Shown here piece by piece: positions 38,647 to 49,019 of a stretch of DNA of 64,000 bases (positions within the stretch are counted from its first letter, which is position 1; each line of letters opens with the position of its first letter). The notes under the pieces are model-generated. The model saw nothing but the letters and a program-made list of their open reading frames with translations. It had not been told where the DNA came from and made no database searches. Both the position numbers and the translations under genes were made by a program. Source of the DNA: Roseibacillus sp. (GTDB taxonomy: Bacteria; Verrucomicrobiota; Verrucomicrobiia; Verrucomicrobiales; Akkermansiaceae); NCBI GenBank assembly GCA_965242925.1, contig CBDEUM010000029.1, forward strand, positions 160,001 to 224,000, read 5' to 3'.

Positions 38647-41600
38647 TTAATTCCTCGTGATCGTTTCGTCGAGATTCAGGAGGGCATTGGCTACGTAGAA
38701 CCAGGCGGCCAGTTCGGTTCGTTCCCTGCTCTTGGGCTTATAGGTAAAATGGGGATTGTTGAGGAGGGCTTCAGCTTCCCCCGGATTGCGCTGAAAATGC
38801 TCAAGTCTCTCGTGAAGAAGAGTGTCAATGATCTCCATTTCCCGGTTGCTCGGGAGGCGGGCGAGGGCGAGGCGAAAGCCGTGGCGCGTACGAACTCCCG
38901 GCGACTTGGATTCCTCCAGGATGCGGTCGGCCAGCGCGAGGGCCATTTCGACGAAGGCGGGGTCGTTCAGCAGCGTCAGGGCCTGGCTCGGGGTGTTGGT
39001 CCGGGCGCGGCCCACGGTACAGGCCGCACGATCAGGGGCATCAAAGTTGACCATGCTGGGATAAGGAGCGGCCCGGCGGTAGACGATGTAGATGCCGCGG
39101 CGCCAGCGGTCTTCATCCTTCTCCTCTACCCACTTGGGCTCATTGCGGCCGGTCTGGTGCCAGAGGCCGGGAGGCTGGTGGGGCATGACCGGTTCGCCGT
39201 ACATCCTGCTGGAGAGCAGCCCGGAGATGGCCAGGGCGTTGTCGCGAATGCGCTCCGCATCCATGCGAAAACGGGGAGCGCGGGCAAGGAGGAGATTGCG
39301 GGGATCCTTTTCCACCAGATCGGGAGTGAGCCGGGACGATTGACGGTAGGCCTGTGAGAGTACGATGGTCTTGAGAACGTGTTTCATGTCCCAGCCGGAG
39401 TCCATGAACTCAACGGCGAGCCAATCCAGGAGGTCGGGGTGGGTGGGTGGCTCGGACTGGGTTCCGAAGTCCTCGAGGGTGGACACGATTCCGTTGCCGA
39501 ACAGCTCCGCCCACCAGCGGTTGACTGCCACGCGGGCAGTGAGGGGGTTGTCTTTGCGAACGAGCCAGCGGGCGAGGTCGAGGCGGTTGCCTGGAGCTCC
39601 GTTCTCCAGCTTGGGAAGGCGGGCGGGGGTGTTGGCGGTGACTTGGGCATCTGGGCTGAGGAAGTTGCCGCGTTTCAAGATGTGTGTTTTACGGCGCTCC
39701 TTCATCTCGACCATGACGAGGGTTTGATTGGCTTTGATGGTATTGCGCTGCTTCTTGAGGCGGGCGATCCCGGCATCGATCTCCTTCAGTGTGGGGTTTT
39801 CTTTTTCGAAGTGGGCGCGGAGTTTCTTTTGTTGGGCTTTGTTGCGTGTGTCGGCAGGCTTTCTGAGGATAGCGATCAGGTCGGCAGGGAGTTTGGTGTC
39901 TTTGCTGACCTGGCTACGAGCGGAGAGGCGGAGGTTTCCAATGACACGCCCTTTGCCCCAGTCCTGCGGCAGGGTGAAGACGAGGGTGGTTGCACTTGTT
40001 TGCTCGATCGGTTTGACGAGTTCGAAGGTAGCCCAATGTGATTTGCCGAACTGCGGATTGATGGCCCATCCCGTAGCGGGGTTTCCGTCGATCAGGCCGG
40101 CGACGTCCCAATTCTTTTGGGAGAAGTTGGCCTGTGGGCGGTGAAGTTTGATCGGGGTGTCACTATCGTCTTTGCGGAGAGCGGCGGTGAATTCCTTGAG
40201 GACGAAGTTGGGTCGTTGGGCTTCTCCGCGGCCTGGTCCTTTGCCGGGCAGCTTGGGAGTTGCGAGCGCTTCCAGTTTGAGTTGGGAGATGCGGGGGAGG
40301 GCGGTTCTGGTTTCGACGGTGTAGGTCGTGGTGTTGGGAACGTTGCCACTGAGGAGGACGGACCCATCTTTGAGGATGTCGTGTTGTTCTCCGCCGGTGG
40401 AAGTGAATTTAGTGACTTGGAGGACTTCCCAATCACTTTGTTGCTCGGCGCTTTCGGAGTGGTGGCGTTCCCAGGCGAGATAGGCTTCTTCCTGAGACTT
40501 GAGGGTGGCGTCGCGGTCTTTCTGGAGCAGGATGATTTGATTATCGCCATCTTTCGCTTGTTGTTGCTGCCCGGCGGTGAGGGGAAGATCGAGATAGGGC
40601 CCAATGAAATCGTGTGAAACGTCAGTCTTGTTACTGGGAAGCTGCACTTCCAGCGGGGTGTGATTGAAAAAGTCGAAGAGAGCGTAGTAGTCCCTCATGG
40701 TAAAGGGGTCGTACTTGTGATCATGGCACTGCGCGCACTCCATCGTGATGCCCAGCCAGACGGTAGCGGTGGTATTAACGCGATCGATCACCTGGTTGAC
40801 CCGGTTGCCCTCCGGGCTGACCCCTGCTTCCACGTTGCAGGTCACAGTCCGGTGAAACCCAGTGGCAATCTTCTGCTCGAGCGTGGCATCCGGGAGGAGA
40901 TCGCCAGCGAGCTGCTCGATGGTGAATTGATCGAAGGGCATGTTTTCGTTGAGAGCCCTGATAACCCAGTCACGGAAGCTCCACGACGGGCGCAACTGGT
41001 CAGCCTGAAAGCCGTTGGAGTCGGCATAGCGGGCCAGGTCAAGCCAGGGCCGGGCCCAGCGTTCACCAAAACGGGGAGAAGCGAGAAGGCGGTCGACCAC
41101 AGACCGGTAGGCGCGCTCTTCGTCCTGCGGGCTGTCGAGGACGGCCTCGAACTCACGGAGCTCCTGCCAGGTCGGCGGTAGTCCGATGAGATCAAGGGAG
41201 AGGCGGCGCAGGAGGCGGGCGGAATCCGTGGGCTGCGAATAGCTCAGGCCTTCTTTCTCGAGACGCCGTAGCAGGAAGGCATCGATGGGGTTACGGACCA
41301 GGGAAGAGGCCTTGACCGCGGGGACAGTGGGCCGCTCCGTCTTTTGCCAGGCCCAATGCTCCTCGTAGGCTGCCCCCGCCGCGATCCAGTCCTTAAGCAG
41401 GTTTTTCTGGGTCAGGGAGAGCGAACGTTTTGACTTATGCGGGGGCATTTGTTCGTCCCCATCCTCAGAGAAGATCCGAGCCAACAGTTCGCTCTCCCCC
41501 GGGTTGCCCGGGACGATGGCGGCGCCCGTCTCCCCGCCCCTGGTGGCGCCTTCAAGGGTGTCCAGGCGCAGTTTTGACTTGCGCGCCTTTTGATCCGGGC

Positions 41601-41718
41601 CGTGACAGTGGAAGCAGTTTTCCGCCAGAATGGGCCGGATCTCGCTTTGAAAATCCGGCTGCTCGCCAGCCGTCACGCTCAGCGGCAGGAGAAGCAGGAG
41701 AGATGCCGGAAGGCGCAT
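38647..41718 (-). CDS. PSD1 / planctomycete cytochrome c protein (DUF1549+DUF1553) with internal discoidin-like domain
   Basis: Start M at 41718; CFHCHGPD; FGERWARPWLD; CAQCHDHK; IDGNPATGWA (discoidin-like); HPDLLDWLA; RRGIY. Confidence 0.92.
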   Translation of the reverse strand: MRLPASLLLLLPLSVTAGEQPDFQSEIRPILAENCFHCHGPDQKARKSKLRLDTLEGATRGGETGAAIVPGNPGESELLARIFSEDGDEQMPPHKSKRSLSLTQKNLLKDWIAAGAAYEEHWAWQKTERPTVPAVKASSLVRNPIDAFLLRRLEKEGLSYSQPTDSARLLRRLSLDLIGLPPTWQELREFEAVLDSPQDEERAYRSVVDRLLASPRFGERWARPWLDLARYADSNGFQADQLRPSWSFRDWVIRALNENMPFDQFTIEQLAGDLLPDATLEQKIATGFHRTVTCNVEAGVSPEGNRVNQVIDRVNTTATVWLGITMECAQCHDHKYDPFTMRDYYALFDFFNHTPLEVQLPSNKTDVSHDFIGPYLDLPLTAGQQQQAKDGDNQIILLQKDRDATLKSQEEAYLAWERHHSESAEQQSDWEVLQVTKFTSTGGEQHDILKDGSVLLSGNVPNTTTYTVETRTALPRISQLKLEALATPKLPGKGPGRGEAQRPNFVLKEFTAALRKDDSDTPIKLHRPQANFSQKNWDVAGLIDGNPATGWAINPQFGKSHWATFELVKPIEQTSATTLVFTLPQDWGKGRVIGNLRLSARSQVSKDTKLPADLIAILRKPADTRNKAQQKKLRAHFEKENPTLKEIDAGIARLKKQRNTIKANQTLVMVEMKERRKTHILKRGNFLSPDAQVTANTPARLPKLENGAPGNRLDLARWLVRKDNPLTARVAVNRWWAELFGNGIVSTLEDFGTQSEPPTHPDLLDWLAVEFMDSGWDMKHVLKTIVLSQAYRQSSRLTPDLVEKDPRNLLLARAPRFRMDAERIRDNALAISGLLSSRMYGEPVMPHQPPGLWHQTGRNEPKWVEEKDEDRWRRGIYIVYRRAAPYPSMVNFDAPDRAACTVGRARTNTPSQALTLLNDPAFVEMALALADRILEESKSPGVRTRHGFRLALARLPSNREMEIIDTLLHERLEHFQRNPGEAEALLNNPHFTYKPKSRERTELAAWFYVANALLNLDETITRN

Positions 41719-41859
41719 GGCAAGTGGTTTGTAGGCCTTGGTTGTGAGGTTCGCAAGGATGGAGCTGGTCGGGGGTCTTGGTTCCATCGTTTTCTTCAAT
41801 GTTTGGATTGAACTTATCCGCTCCCGCAAGCCGGTATTTTCAGGCATGCTCTTAATTGC

Positions 41860-42579
41860 ATGAGCGCATCGCACCGTGAATTGAGCTGGGTCCTGCTCAT
41901 GCCGCCTCTGGTGGTGCCGACCCTGGGGACCCTGCTCTACTTTGTCGTCTTTCCGGAGGGAGGCCTTGGAACCTCAATCTACACGGGGACCAAGCTCTTC
42001 ACTCTGGTTTATCCCTTTCTCTTCCTGAGGCAGATCGGCCTGGGCGGGATTATCCGGAGGCGGCGTCACGATCCCTCCGTCCGGTGGCCACGATGGGGGA
42101 CCGTGCTGCTCACGGGACTGGCGACCGGACTGGCCATTGCGGCAGTAGGGTTCGTGTTCATGCTGACCCCCCTGGGAGACATTGTGCGCGAGGGGGCAGG
42201 CAGGGTGTCGGACAAAGCGGAAGGAATGGGCCTCAAGGATCACTTCATCCTCTTTGCCATCTTTGTCTCTGTGATCCACTCTGCCCTGGAAGAGTTCTAT
42301 TGGCGTTGGTTTACATACGGTCAACTGCAACGCAAGATGAGTCGCTGGGCTGCCCATATCGTGGCGGCGGTGGCCTTCGGGGGACACCACCTCATCGTCA
42401 CACTGCAGTTTTTCGACATCGCCCTCGCGGTTTTACTGACGGTCTGTGTGGTGGTGGGAGGCTTTATCTGGAGCCTGATGTATGAGAGGCAGGGAACGGT
42501 GATAGGATCCTGGATCAGTCATCTCTGTGTGGATGTCATGCTCATGGTGATTGGGTTCCAGCTGGTCATGGGAGCTTGA
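41860..42579 (+). CDS. CPBP (Abi/CAAX) intramembrane glutamic metalloprotease
   Basis: Multiple TM segments; EEFYWR, FGGHH, WISH motifs. Confidence 0.88.
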   Translation: MSASHRELSWVLLMPPLVVPTLGTLLYFVVFPEGGLGTSIYTGTKLFTLVYPFLFLRQIGLGGIIRRRRHDPSVRWPRWGTVLLTGLATGLAIAAVGFVFMLTPLGDIVREGAGRVSDKAEGMGLKDHFILFAIFVSVIHSALEEFYWRWFTYGQLQRKMSRWAAHIVAAVAFGGHHLIVTLQFFDIALAVLLTVCVVVGGFIWSLMYERQGTVIGSWISHLCVDVMLMVIGFQLVMGA

Positions 42580-42686
42580 TGGTTCGCGGCGGGGCGGGGA
42601 TTTGTCTGCGCTTCCGTGTTGATGGATGAGGGCCGGGCTGCTTGATTTGCGCCCAAGTGGTGAGGGAAAAAAACAGAGGGCAGCGC

Positions 42687-43391
42687 ATGAGCTGGCCATC
42701 GATGGTGGCCGCGCTGGGCGTCCCCCTGCTCTGTGCTCTGGCCTACGTGGTCTGGTTTCCCCATGGCAACGGTGGACGCAGTGTCTGGTTCGCGACCAAG
42801 ATTTGGATCCTGGTTTATCCTCTCTTCTTCTTCGGTCTGATTGGTCTCGGTGGTCTCACCCGGCGGGAAGACCGGCCCGCAACCTGGCCGTCCTGGAAAG
42901 TGGTGATTCTCACCGGGGTTTTGATCGGGGTGGGTGTTGCGCTTGTCGGTTGGCTCATGGTCATCACGCCTGTGGGTGATATCGTGAAGGCCAATAGTCA
43001 CAACCTGGTTGAGAAGGCCAGGGGACTCGGTTTCGCCACGAAGGGGCGTTTCCTCATGGTGGCGGCTTTCATCACCCTTTTGCATTCTGCGATGGAGGAA
43101 TACTACTGGCGCTGGTTCGTCTACGGGCACCTGCGACAGATGGTGGGTCACTGGCCCGGACACCTCGTCGCGGCTCTTGCCTTCACCGGACATCACCTCG
43201 TTCTCACGAGCGTCCTCTTCCCGTTGCCCCTTGCGCTTTTTCTGTCCTTCATCGCATGCCTCGGCGGGTTGATGTGGACGCTCATGTATGAATGGCAGGG
43301 CACCGTTCTTGGGTGCTGGATCAGCCATCTGGTGGTGGACGCCTTCCTCATGATTGTGGGCTATCGTCTCATCATGGGTGCGGGAATCTGA
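42687..43391 (+). CDS. CPBP (Abi/CAAX) intramembrane protease, tandem paralogue
   Basis: EEYYWR, FTGHH, WISH; colinear with the upstream gene. Confidence 0.88.
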   Translation: MSWPSMVAALGVPLLCALAYVVWFPHGNGGRSVWFATKIWILVYPLFFFGLIGLGGLTRREDRPATWPSWKVVILTGVLIGVGVALVGWLMVITPVGDIVKANSHNLVEKARGLGFATKGRFLMVAAFITLLHSAMEEYYWRWFVYGHLRQMVGHWPGHLVAALAFTGHHLVLTSVLFPLPLALFLSFIACLGGLMWTLMYEWQGTVLGCWISHLVVDAFLMIVGYRLIMGAGI

Positions 43392-43482
43392 CGATCGTCC
43401 CGCTTGGCACGGCTGGTGCGGACGGAAAGCTGGTGGAGTCTGTGGAGGGGAAAAGAGCCTCGGAGAATTGAGAGTGGTGGGC

Positions 43483-46400
43483 TCAGTTCCTTGACTGCAG
43501 ATAAGTGACAAGGTCGCGGACCTGCTGGTCACTCATCCGGTCGAGAAGCCCTTCCGGCATGACGGATACGGGAGCACGGCTCTGATGGGCCAGGTCCTTG
43601 CGGGCAACCACGGTCCTGATCCCGGCCAGGTCCTTGATAGTCACCGTACGCTCACTGGCATCGGCAAGGAATCCGGTGAGCACGGCGGGCGGGGCGTCTC
43701 CCACCGGGCGGAGGGTGAGGGTGGCGAGTTCAAAACCTTCCCGGATCCCGAGGTTGGGATCAACGATTGCCGGGACGAGGTAGTCGAGGTTTTTCATTTC
43801 ATAGCCCGTAAGATCGGGCCCGATGTCGCGACCCTGGTCGCCGAACTTGTGACAGGTTGCACAGTGGGCGCCGAAGAGTTGACGTCCGCGCCCGGCCTCT
43901 CCCCCGGGAGCCTTGGCAGAGAGGAGGGCCTTGACTTCCCTGATGCGGATCGCCTTGGCGGCATCGGACAGGCGAATGGCGCCAAAATGCCTGGTGATCA
44001 ATGGCCCGATACGTTCGTCTTCGTAGGTCGCCATCAGGAGCAGGCTGTCGCGGCCGATCGTTTTCTTGTCGATCATTCCCGCGTCCACGGCGGTGAGGAG
44101 GAGGTGAGCCCAGGCCGGTCGGCTGGCAAGGAGCGACTGGGCGACCTGCCGGAGGTCACCCTGGAGCCGGGGGTAGAAGGTGAGCAAGGTCGAGGGGATC
44201 TCCCTACTTGCATACCTCCGGAGGGCAGTGAGGGCTGCCAGACGGACCGGGGGCTCATTTTTTTCTTCGCGGAAGAGTGAGAGAAAAATCTCCTCCGAGG
44301 GAGCGTCGCCGAGTTCTCCCAGGGACTTGATGAACTCAAGCCGTTGGGCGACCGGGGTTTTTCGATCAGCCAGCAGGGGGCGGGCGGCGGCCAGGGCTTG
44401 TGGACTTTTCAGGCGCAGGGACAGGCGGATGACCGAGTCGGTCACGGGCTGGTTCTTCCAGATCGTGGCCACTGCGGCATCCAGTTCGGGAGGAACCGGT
44501 TCGAGGGAGGTTCCTTCGAGGGCCTGTTCCATTCCGCGGATGAGAGCCTCAAGGTGCTTCGTTCCGGCCGCCTTTTCCAGCAGCCATGCGCACATCCGAA
44601 GGCTCTCCGGGCTCCGCTCCGCCATGTAACGGCGTCCGATGCGTTCGCGGAGGACTTTCTCGAAAAGCGGCGTATCCCAGAAGCCCGCGTAGGACAGGAG
44701 CTCCCTGGCCCGGTCGGGATGCCGGGTGATCAGGGCTTCCATTGCCCACCAGAGCTGTAGTGGGATGAATGGATCCTCTGAGAATTCACCGCGGCTGGCG
44801 AGGCCCTCGATAAGATGACGATCCCCCAGGCGTTGAGCGGAGGAGGCGAGCTGGGAAACCACTTCCGGGTGGCTGGCCTTGCGGGCCAGCTGGTGGAGGA
44901 CGGTGCCGAGACTGACTTCGTTTTCAGCGGCCACCCGGATTACCCATCTTTGCAGGTCCGGATTGGGGATATCGAGAACTGTGGTGAAGAACTCAGTCAT
45001 GGCCGGGCCCTCGGTTTTTTCCAGGCCCAATCCCTGGATAACCCACAGGGCCTCCAACGCCCGCTGATCGCGTTCCTCCGGATTTCCCGGATTTCGGGTG
45101 AAGGCGTCCATGAGCAAATGCCGGACGGAGTCATCATCGCGTTGGACAAGGAGGCGCCGGGCATGGCGACGTGCCCACTGATTGCGTTCGAAGAGCACCT
45201 TCACCAGATCTACCGATGACAACTCACCGAGATCCCTGATCGGGCCGGGTTTGGCGTCCCGGGCGCGGATGCGGTGGATGCGGCCGTTGCTGCGGTCCCA
45301 GTTGTCGCGGGGATCGACGTGGGTGATGCGGGCGTCGTAGAAATCAGCCACGTAAATGGCGCCTTCCGGTCCGACGGCGCAGTGCACCGGACGGAACCAC
45401 TTGTCTCCGGTCTGCATCGGGTTTTCCTCTTCCACCGTCCTGAAGGTGCTGCCATGTGAGTCCATCCGCAGGGCGTGGATCTTGTTGCCGAGCGAGTTGG
45501 GCCCGACCAGGCGCCCCTCCAGGCTCGGGATCGCACCGCTGCTGTAGCGAATCCACTGGTGCACGAGGCGGGTCTTCTCCCCCTCGATCGGCATGCCGAA
45601 GAAATGTCCGAAGGTGTAGGGGTTGGTGTGGGGTCCGTGTTTGCCGAAACCTTTCTGATAGTAGCCGCCCTGTACGAAATGGACGGCTTGCTGAGTGCCG
45701 TTGGTTCCCGAGTAGAGCCGCCCCTGGTCGTCGAAATTGACACCGAAGTTGTTCCAGCCGCCCTCAGCGAAAAGCTCAAAGACATGGCGGGCAGGATGGT
45801 AGCGCCAGATGTTCTGCCCGAGGAAGGCATGTCGCGGGGCGTTCTCGTCGAGATGGACCCGGACGCGGGCGGTCACTGTGCTGCCGGTACACCCGTAGAG
45901 CCAGCCGTCGGGGCCGAATTTGAGACTGTTGGAAATGGAGTGGGTGTCCTCGAGGTTGAACCCGGAGAGGTGCACCACCGGTTTGCCGTCGGGAATGTCG
46001 TTCCGGTCCTTGTCGGGATAGAAGAGAAGGTAGGGCGGGTGAAGCACCCACACGCCGTCTTTGCCGTGGGCCAGGGAGGTGACCATGTTAAGTCCATCAA
46101 GGAACGTCTTGTGCACGTCGAAAGCGCCGTCGCCGTCCGTGTCCTCGTGGATGGTGATTTTGTCCTGCCCGATAAATTTTTCATGCAGGGGCTCCGTGAA
46201 GGGAGGGGGCGGCGGAACCTGGTCGAAGACCTTGCGGAGATGCTTGTCCCAGGTGAGGACCTCGAGACCGGCGGGATTGGGATACTGAATATACTGTACC
46301 ACCCAGAGTCGCCCACGTTCGTCGAAGTCAAGATACAGGGGTTGGCGGACCAGCGGTTCGCTGAGGACTGTTTCGACTACCAGGTCCGTGCCGATCTTGA

Positions 46401-47088
46401 ATTGGGCGAGTGCCTTGTCCGGGGGAGAGGGATCGCCCTTGTCGTCGGCACGGGCATAGGGATTGTTGTTACCCTCGAAGTGCTTGGACACGGCCGTCAG
46501 CATGCGCCTGCGCCAGCCCTTGTCCGCAGGAATGACGCCACGATGCCCCGCGCGCTCGGGGCCCGCACGCTCAATGAACGACTTCATCTCGGTTTCCGGG
46601 TGTCTGCCCCACTGGGCCCAGGCCGGAACGTCGCCGCGGCGGAAGAGCCAGTTGCCGCTCAGATCGATGGCATCATCCACGCGCGTCAGGTGAATGGGCC
46701 CCTTGAGGATTCCGCCCCTGCCGCCCTTGTTGAAGAGACGCCAGGCAATGAGGTTGGCTTCGCCAAAACGCACCTGGTCCGGTTCGATGACGAAGGGCCG
46801 ACGGATGCTGCTCGAGGGAGCGCCGAAGAGGGGCGGCATGGATCCGTTGGCACCAATCTTGTTTCCGTTGAAGAAGCCCTCGTCCACATCGCTGATCGCA
46901 TCTACCATCAGGAGGAGGCGGCTGCCCTCCCACTGTGCAGGCACCTCTACGTAGGCACGGTACCATCCGAATCCCTTCTCTCCCTTCCAGCCCTCCGCAT
47001 GCGGGACAGGGACGGGCGTCCAGTCGTCGAGTTGGGCCAGGGCCGGGTCGACGGCCAGCAGACCAAGTAGAAGAGCGGACAATCGCAT
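43483..47088 (-). CDS. PVC-type membrane-bound dehydrogenase propeller + HEAT repeats + heme CxxCH protein, with N-terminal sugar-binding jelly-roll
   Basis: GWYRAYV..P...DVDEGFFNG (GH2_N-like); FDERGRLWV; EDTDGDG; FRPV...GPEGAIYVAD; CATCH...GPDL...MPEGL. Confidence 0.88.
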   Translation of the reverse strand: MRLSALLLGLLAVDPALAQLDDWTPVPVPHAEGWKGEKGFGWYRAYVEVPAQWEGSRLLLMVDAISDVDEGFFNGNKIGANGSMPPLFGAPSSSIRRPFVIEPDQVRFGEANLIAWRLFNKGGRGGILKGPIHLTRVDDAIDLSGNWLFRRGDVPAWAQWGRHPETEMKSFIERAGPERAGHRGVIPADKGWRRRMLTAVSKHFEGNNNPYARADDKGDPSPPDKALAQFKIGTDLVVETVLSEPLVRQPLYLDFDERGRLWVVQYIQYPNPAGLEVLTWDKHLRKVFDQVPPPPPFTEPLHEKFIGQDKITIHEDTDGDGAFDVHKTFLDGLNMVTSLAHGKDGVWVLHPPYLLFYPDKDRNDIPDGKPVVHLSGFNLEDTHSISNSLKFGPDGWLYGCTGSTVTARVRVHLDENAPRHAFLGQNIWRYHPARHVFELFAEGGWNNFGVNFDDQGRLYSGTNGTQQAVHFVQGGYYQKGFGKHGPHTNPYTFGHFFGMPIEGEKTRLVHQWIRYSSGAIPSLEGRLVGPNSLGNKIHALRMDSHGSTFRTVEEENPMQTGDKWFRPVHCAVGPEGAIYVADFYDARITHVDPRDNWDRSNGRIHRIRARDAKPGPIRDLGELSSVDLVKVLFERNQWARRHARRLLVQRDDDSVRHLLMDAFTRNPGNPEERDQRALEALWVIQGLGLEKTEGPAMTEFFTTVLDIPNPDLQRWVIRVAAENEVSLGTVLHQLARKASHPEVVSQLASSAQRLGDRHLIEGLASRGEFSEDPFIPLQLWWAMEALITRHPDRARELLSYAGFWDTPLFEKVLRERIGRRYMAERSPESLRMCAWLLEKAAGTKHLEALIRGMEQALEGTSLEPVPPELDAAVATIWKNQPVTDSVIRLSLRLKSPQALAAARPLLADRKTPVAQRLEFIKSLGELGDAPSEEIFLSLFREEKNEPPVRLAALTALRRYASREIPSTLLTFYPRLQGDLRQVAQSLLASRPAWAHLLLTAVDAGMIDKKTIGRDSLLLMATYEDERIGPLITRHFGAIRLSDAAKAIRIREVKALLSAKAPGGEAGRGRQLFGAHCATCHKFGDQGRDIGPDLTGYEMKNLDYLVPAIVDPNLGIREGFELATLTLRPVGDAPPAVLTGFLADASERTVTIKDLAGIRTVVARKDLAHQSRAPVSVMPEGLLDRMSDQQVRDLVTYLQSRN

Positions 47089-47298
47089 GAGCGAAAGGAG
47101 TAATGCGCGAGCGGACGCCGCCTTTCAACCGTCAAAGTGGTGTCTGGTCCCGAACCTGTGGATGGCCCGGCGGATATGGCCGGTACGGGCCCCGGCCGGG
47201 AGGGGGAGGGCTCCGGCAGTCCGGAAAGCGGGTGCCACCTCGCGTGGTTTCAACCTGCACGCTTGATCCGGCACCCGGTTTTGGAGTTGGATGAGCTC

Positions 47299-48339
47299 AT
47301 GAAGCGGCGCAATTTCCTACAGGGAGCGGCCATGGGCGCTCCTCTCCTCGGTTCCGGAAGTGCTTTGGCGGAGAAGCTCCAGACGCAGAAGAAACTGGCC
47401 CTTGGTTATGACAATTTCGCGGTGCGAGCGATGAAGTGGAAGGCGCCCGAGCTCATCGAGTACGCTGCCAAGCTTAAGTGCGACACTCTCTTCATCACGG
47501 ATTTCGGTCCCTTCGAGAAGATGGACGATGCCTATCTGAAGGACCTGCGCAGGCAAGGCGAGGATGCCGGGGTGAAGATTCTGCTGGGGAGCTGGAGCAT
47601 CTGCCCGACCTCGGTGAGGTTTCGCGATACGTGGGGGACGGCTGATGAACACCTCCAGCTTGGCATCCGTGCGGCCAAGGCGCTCGGTTCTCCCGCTTTC
47701 CGCGTCATCCTCGGGGCTGGGGATGACCGGAAGACCGAGGGAGGGATAGAAGCGCGCATCGCGGACACGGTGAAGGTTCTCAAGCGTAACCGCACGCGTT
47801 GCCTGGACTCGGGGATCAAGGTCGCGATGGAGAATCATGCGGGGGACATGCACACCCTGGAATTGAAAGCGCTCATCGAGGAGGCCGGGCCCGAGTATGT
47901 GGGAGCCAACTTCGATTCCGGGAATGCGGTCTGGACCATGGAAGACCCCGTGCAGGCCCTGGAAAACATCGGCAAGTACGTTCTCACCACCAGCCTGCGT
48001 GACTCCGCGGTGTGGGAGAGTGAGAACGGTGTGACAGTGCAGTGGACCGCGATGGGTTCCGGGGATACCGACCTGAAGACCTTCTTCAAGCGGTTTGCAG
48101 AGCTCTGTCCCCAGGTCGCGGTGAACATCGAGACGATCTCGGGGTTCAATCGCGAGTTGAAGGTGAAAAACGATGATTTCTGGAAGGCCTGGCCAAAGGG
48201 CAAACCGAAGGGATACGAAAAGTTCCTGGCCCTGGCCGGAAAGGGAAAGCCGCGTGAGGTCGGCCGGATTGATCAGCGGGAGGACATTGCGAAGAGCATT
48301 GACTACTGCAGGACGGAGCTGGGTCTGGGGCGGCGTTAG
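47299..48339 (+). CDS. Tat-exported sugar phosphate isomerase/epimerase (TIM barrel)
   Basis: MKRRNFLQG; MENHAGD; NFDSGN; IET. Confidence 0.87.
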   Translation: MKRRNFLQGAAMGAPLLGSGSALAEKLQTQKKLALGYDNFAVRAMKWKAPELIEYAAKLKCDTLFITDFGPFEKMDDAYLKDLRRQGEDAGVKILLGSWSICPTSVRFRDTWGTADEHLQLGIRAAKALGSPAFRVILGAGDDRKTEGGIEARIADTVKVLKRNRTRCLDSGIKVAMENHAGDMHTLELKALIEEAGPEYVGANFDSGNAVWTMEDPVQALENIGKYVLTTSLRDSAVWESENGVTVQWTAMGSGDTDLKTFFKRFAELCPQVAVNIETISGFNRELKVKNDDFWKAWPKGKPKGYEKFLALAGKGKPREVGRIDQREDIAKSIDYCRTELGLGRR

Positions 48340-48469
48340 ACCGGTGAACGGGATCCGGTGAGAGCCCCTCCTGACTTCGGTTCAACTGCCGGCGGGGAGT
48401 GATTTCTGCGGCCCCTGGCCACCGACAAAAGCGGATTGCACCCCGTGGAATCCGGTCTTAACTGGACCG

Positions 48470-48967
48470 GTGCCGCGATTGCTCCTGCCCCCGCCTCACC
48501 GCTTGATCGCGCTCTATGAAAACGGTGGGATCACGCGGGCACAGCTGCAGGCGGCCATGACCATCCACCAGCAGCGCCTGCTGGTGGAGATCGCGGAAGC
48601 GCGGGAGAACCCGGTCCTGTCCTGTCTCGACGAAAAGTTAAGCAGGTATGCCGCCGGCCGGCTCGAGCGACGACACGGGGAACGTCTCATCCGCCTGGTG
48701 CTGGGAGCTCTCGCTGACATCGAGAACTTCCCCCCGGCCGACCTGCTCTGGAATGCGGGCCACCCGGATGTGCCGCTCCACTGCTTCTTCCGGCTTCGCC
48801 GGGAACCTGTCTTCCGCCTCATTCGCCTCACCATGGATCCACTCGGGGTGAAGGTGATCATCGAGCACGGCCGATCTTCCAAGCGCCAAACCACCCGGCA
48901 GGAGATTCAGCTTGTGCGGGATCGCTTCGGGAAACTTTCCGCGGAGTCCGGAGCCAGGCGGAACTGA
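48470..48967 (+). CDS. Hypothetical protein
   Basis: 165 aa ORF filling the gap, with typical codon use; no motif recognised. Confidence 0.6.
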   Translation: MPRLLLPPPHRLIALYENGGITRAQLQAAMTIHQQRLLVEIAEARENPVLSCLDEKLSRYAAGRLERRHGERLIRLVLGALADIENFPPADLLWNAGHPDVPLHCFFRLRREPVFRLIRLTMDPLGVKVIIEHGRSSKRQTTRQEIQLVRDRFGKLSAESGARRN

Positions 48968-49019
48968 ATTTTCCGGTCGCCGGTCTTGCGCTGCTGGGGC
49001 CAAGCGTTAGGTTGCGGGG

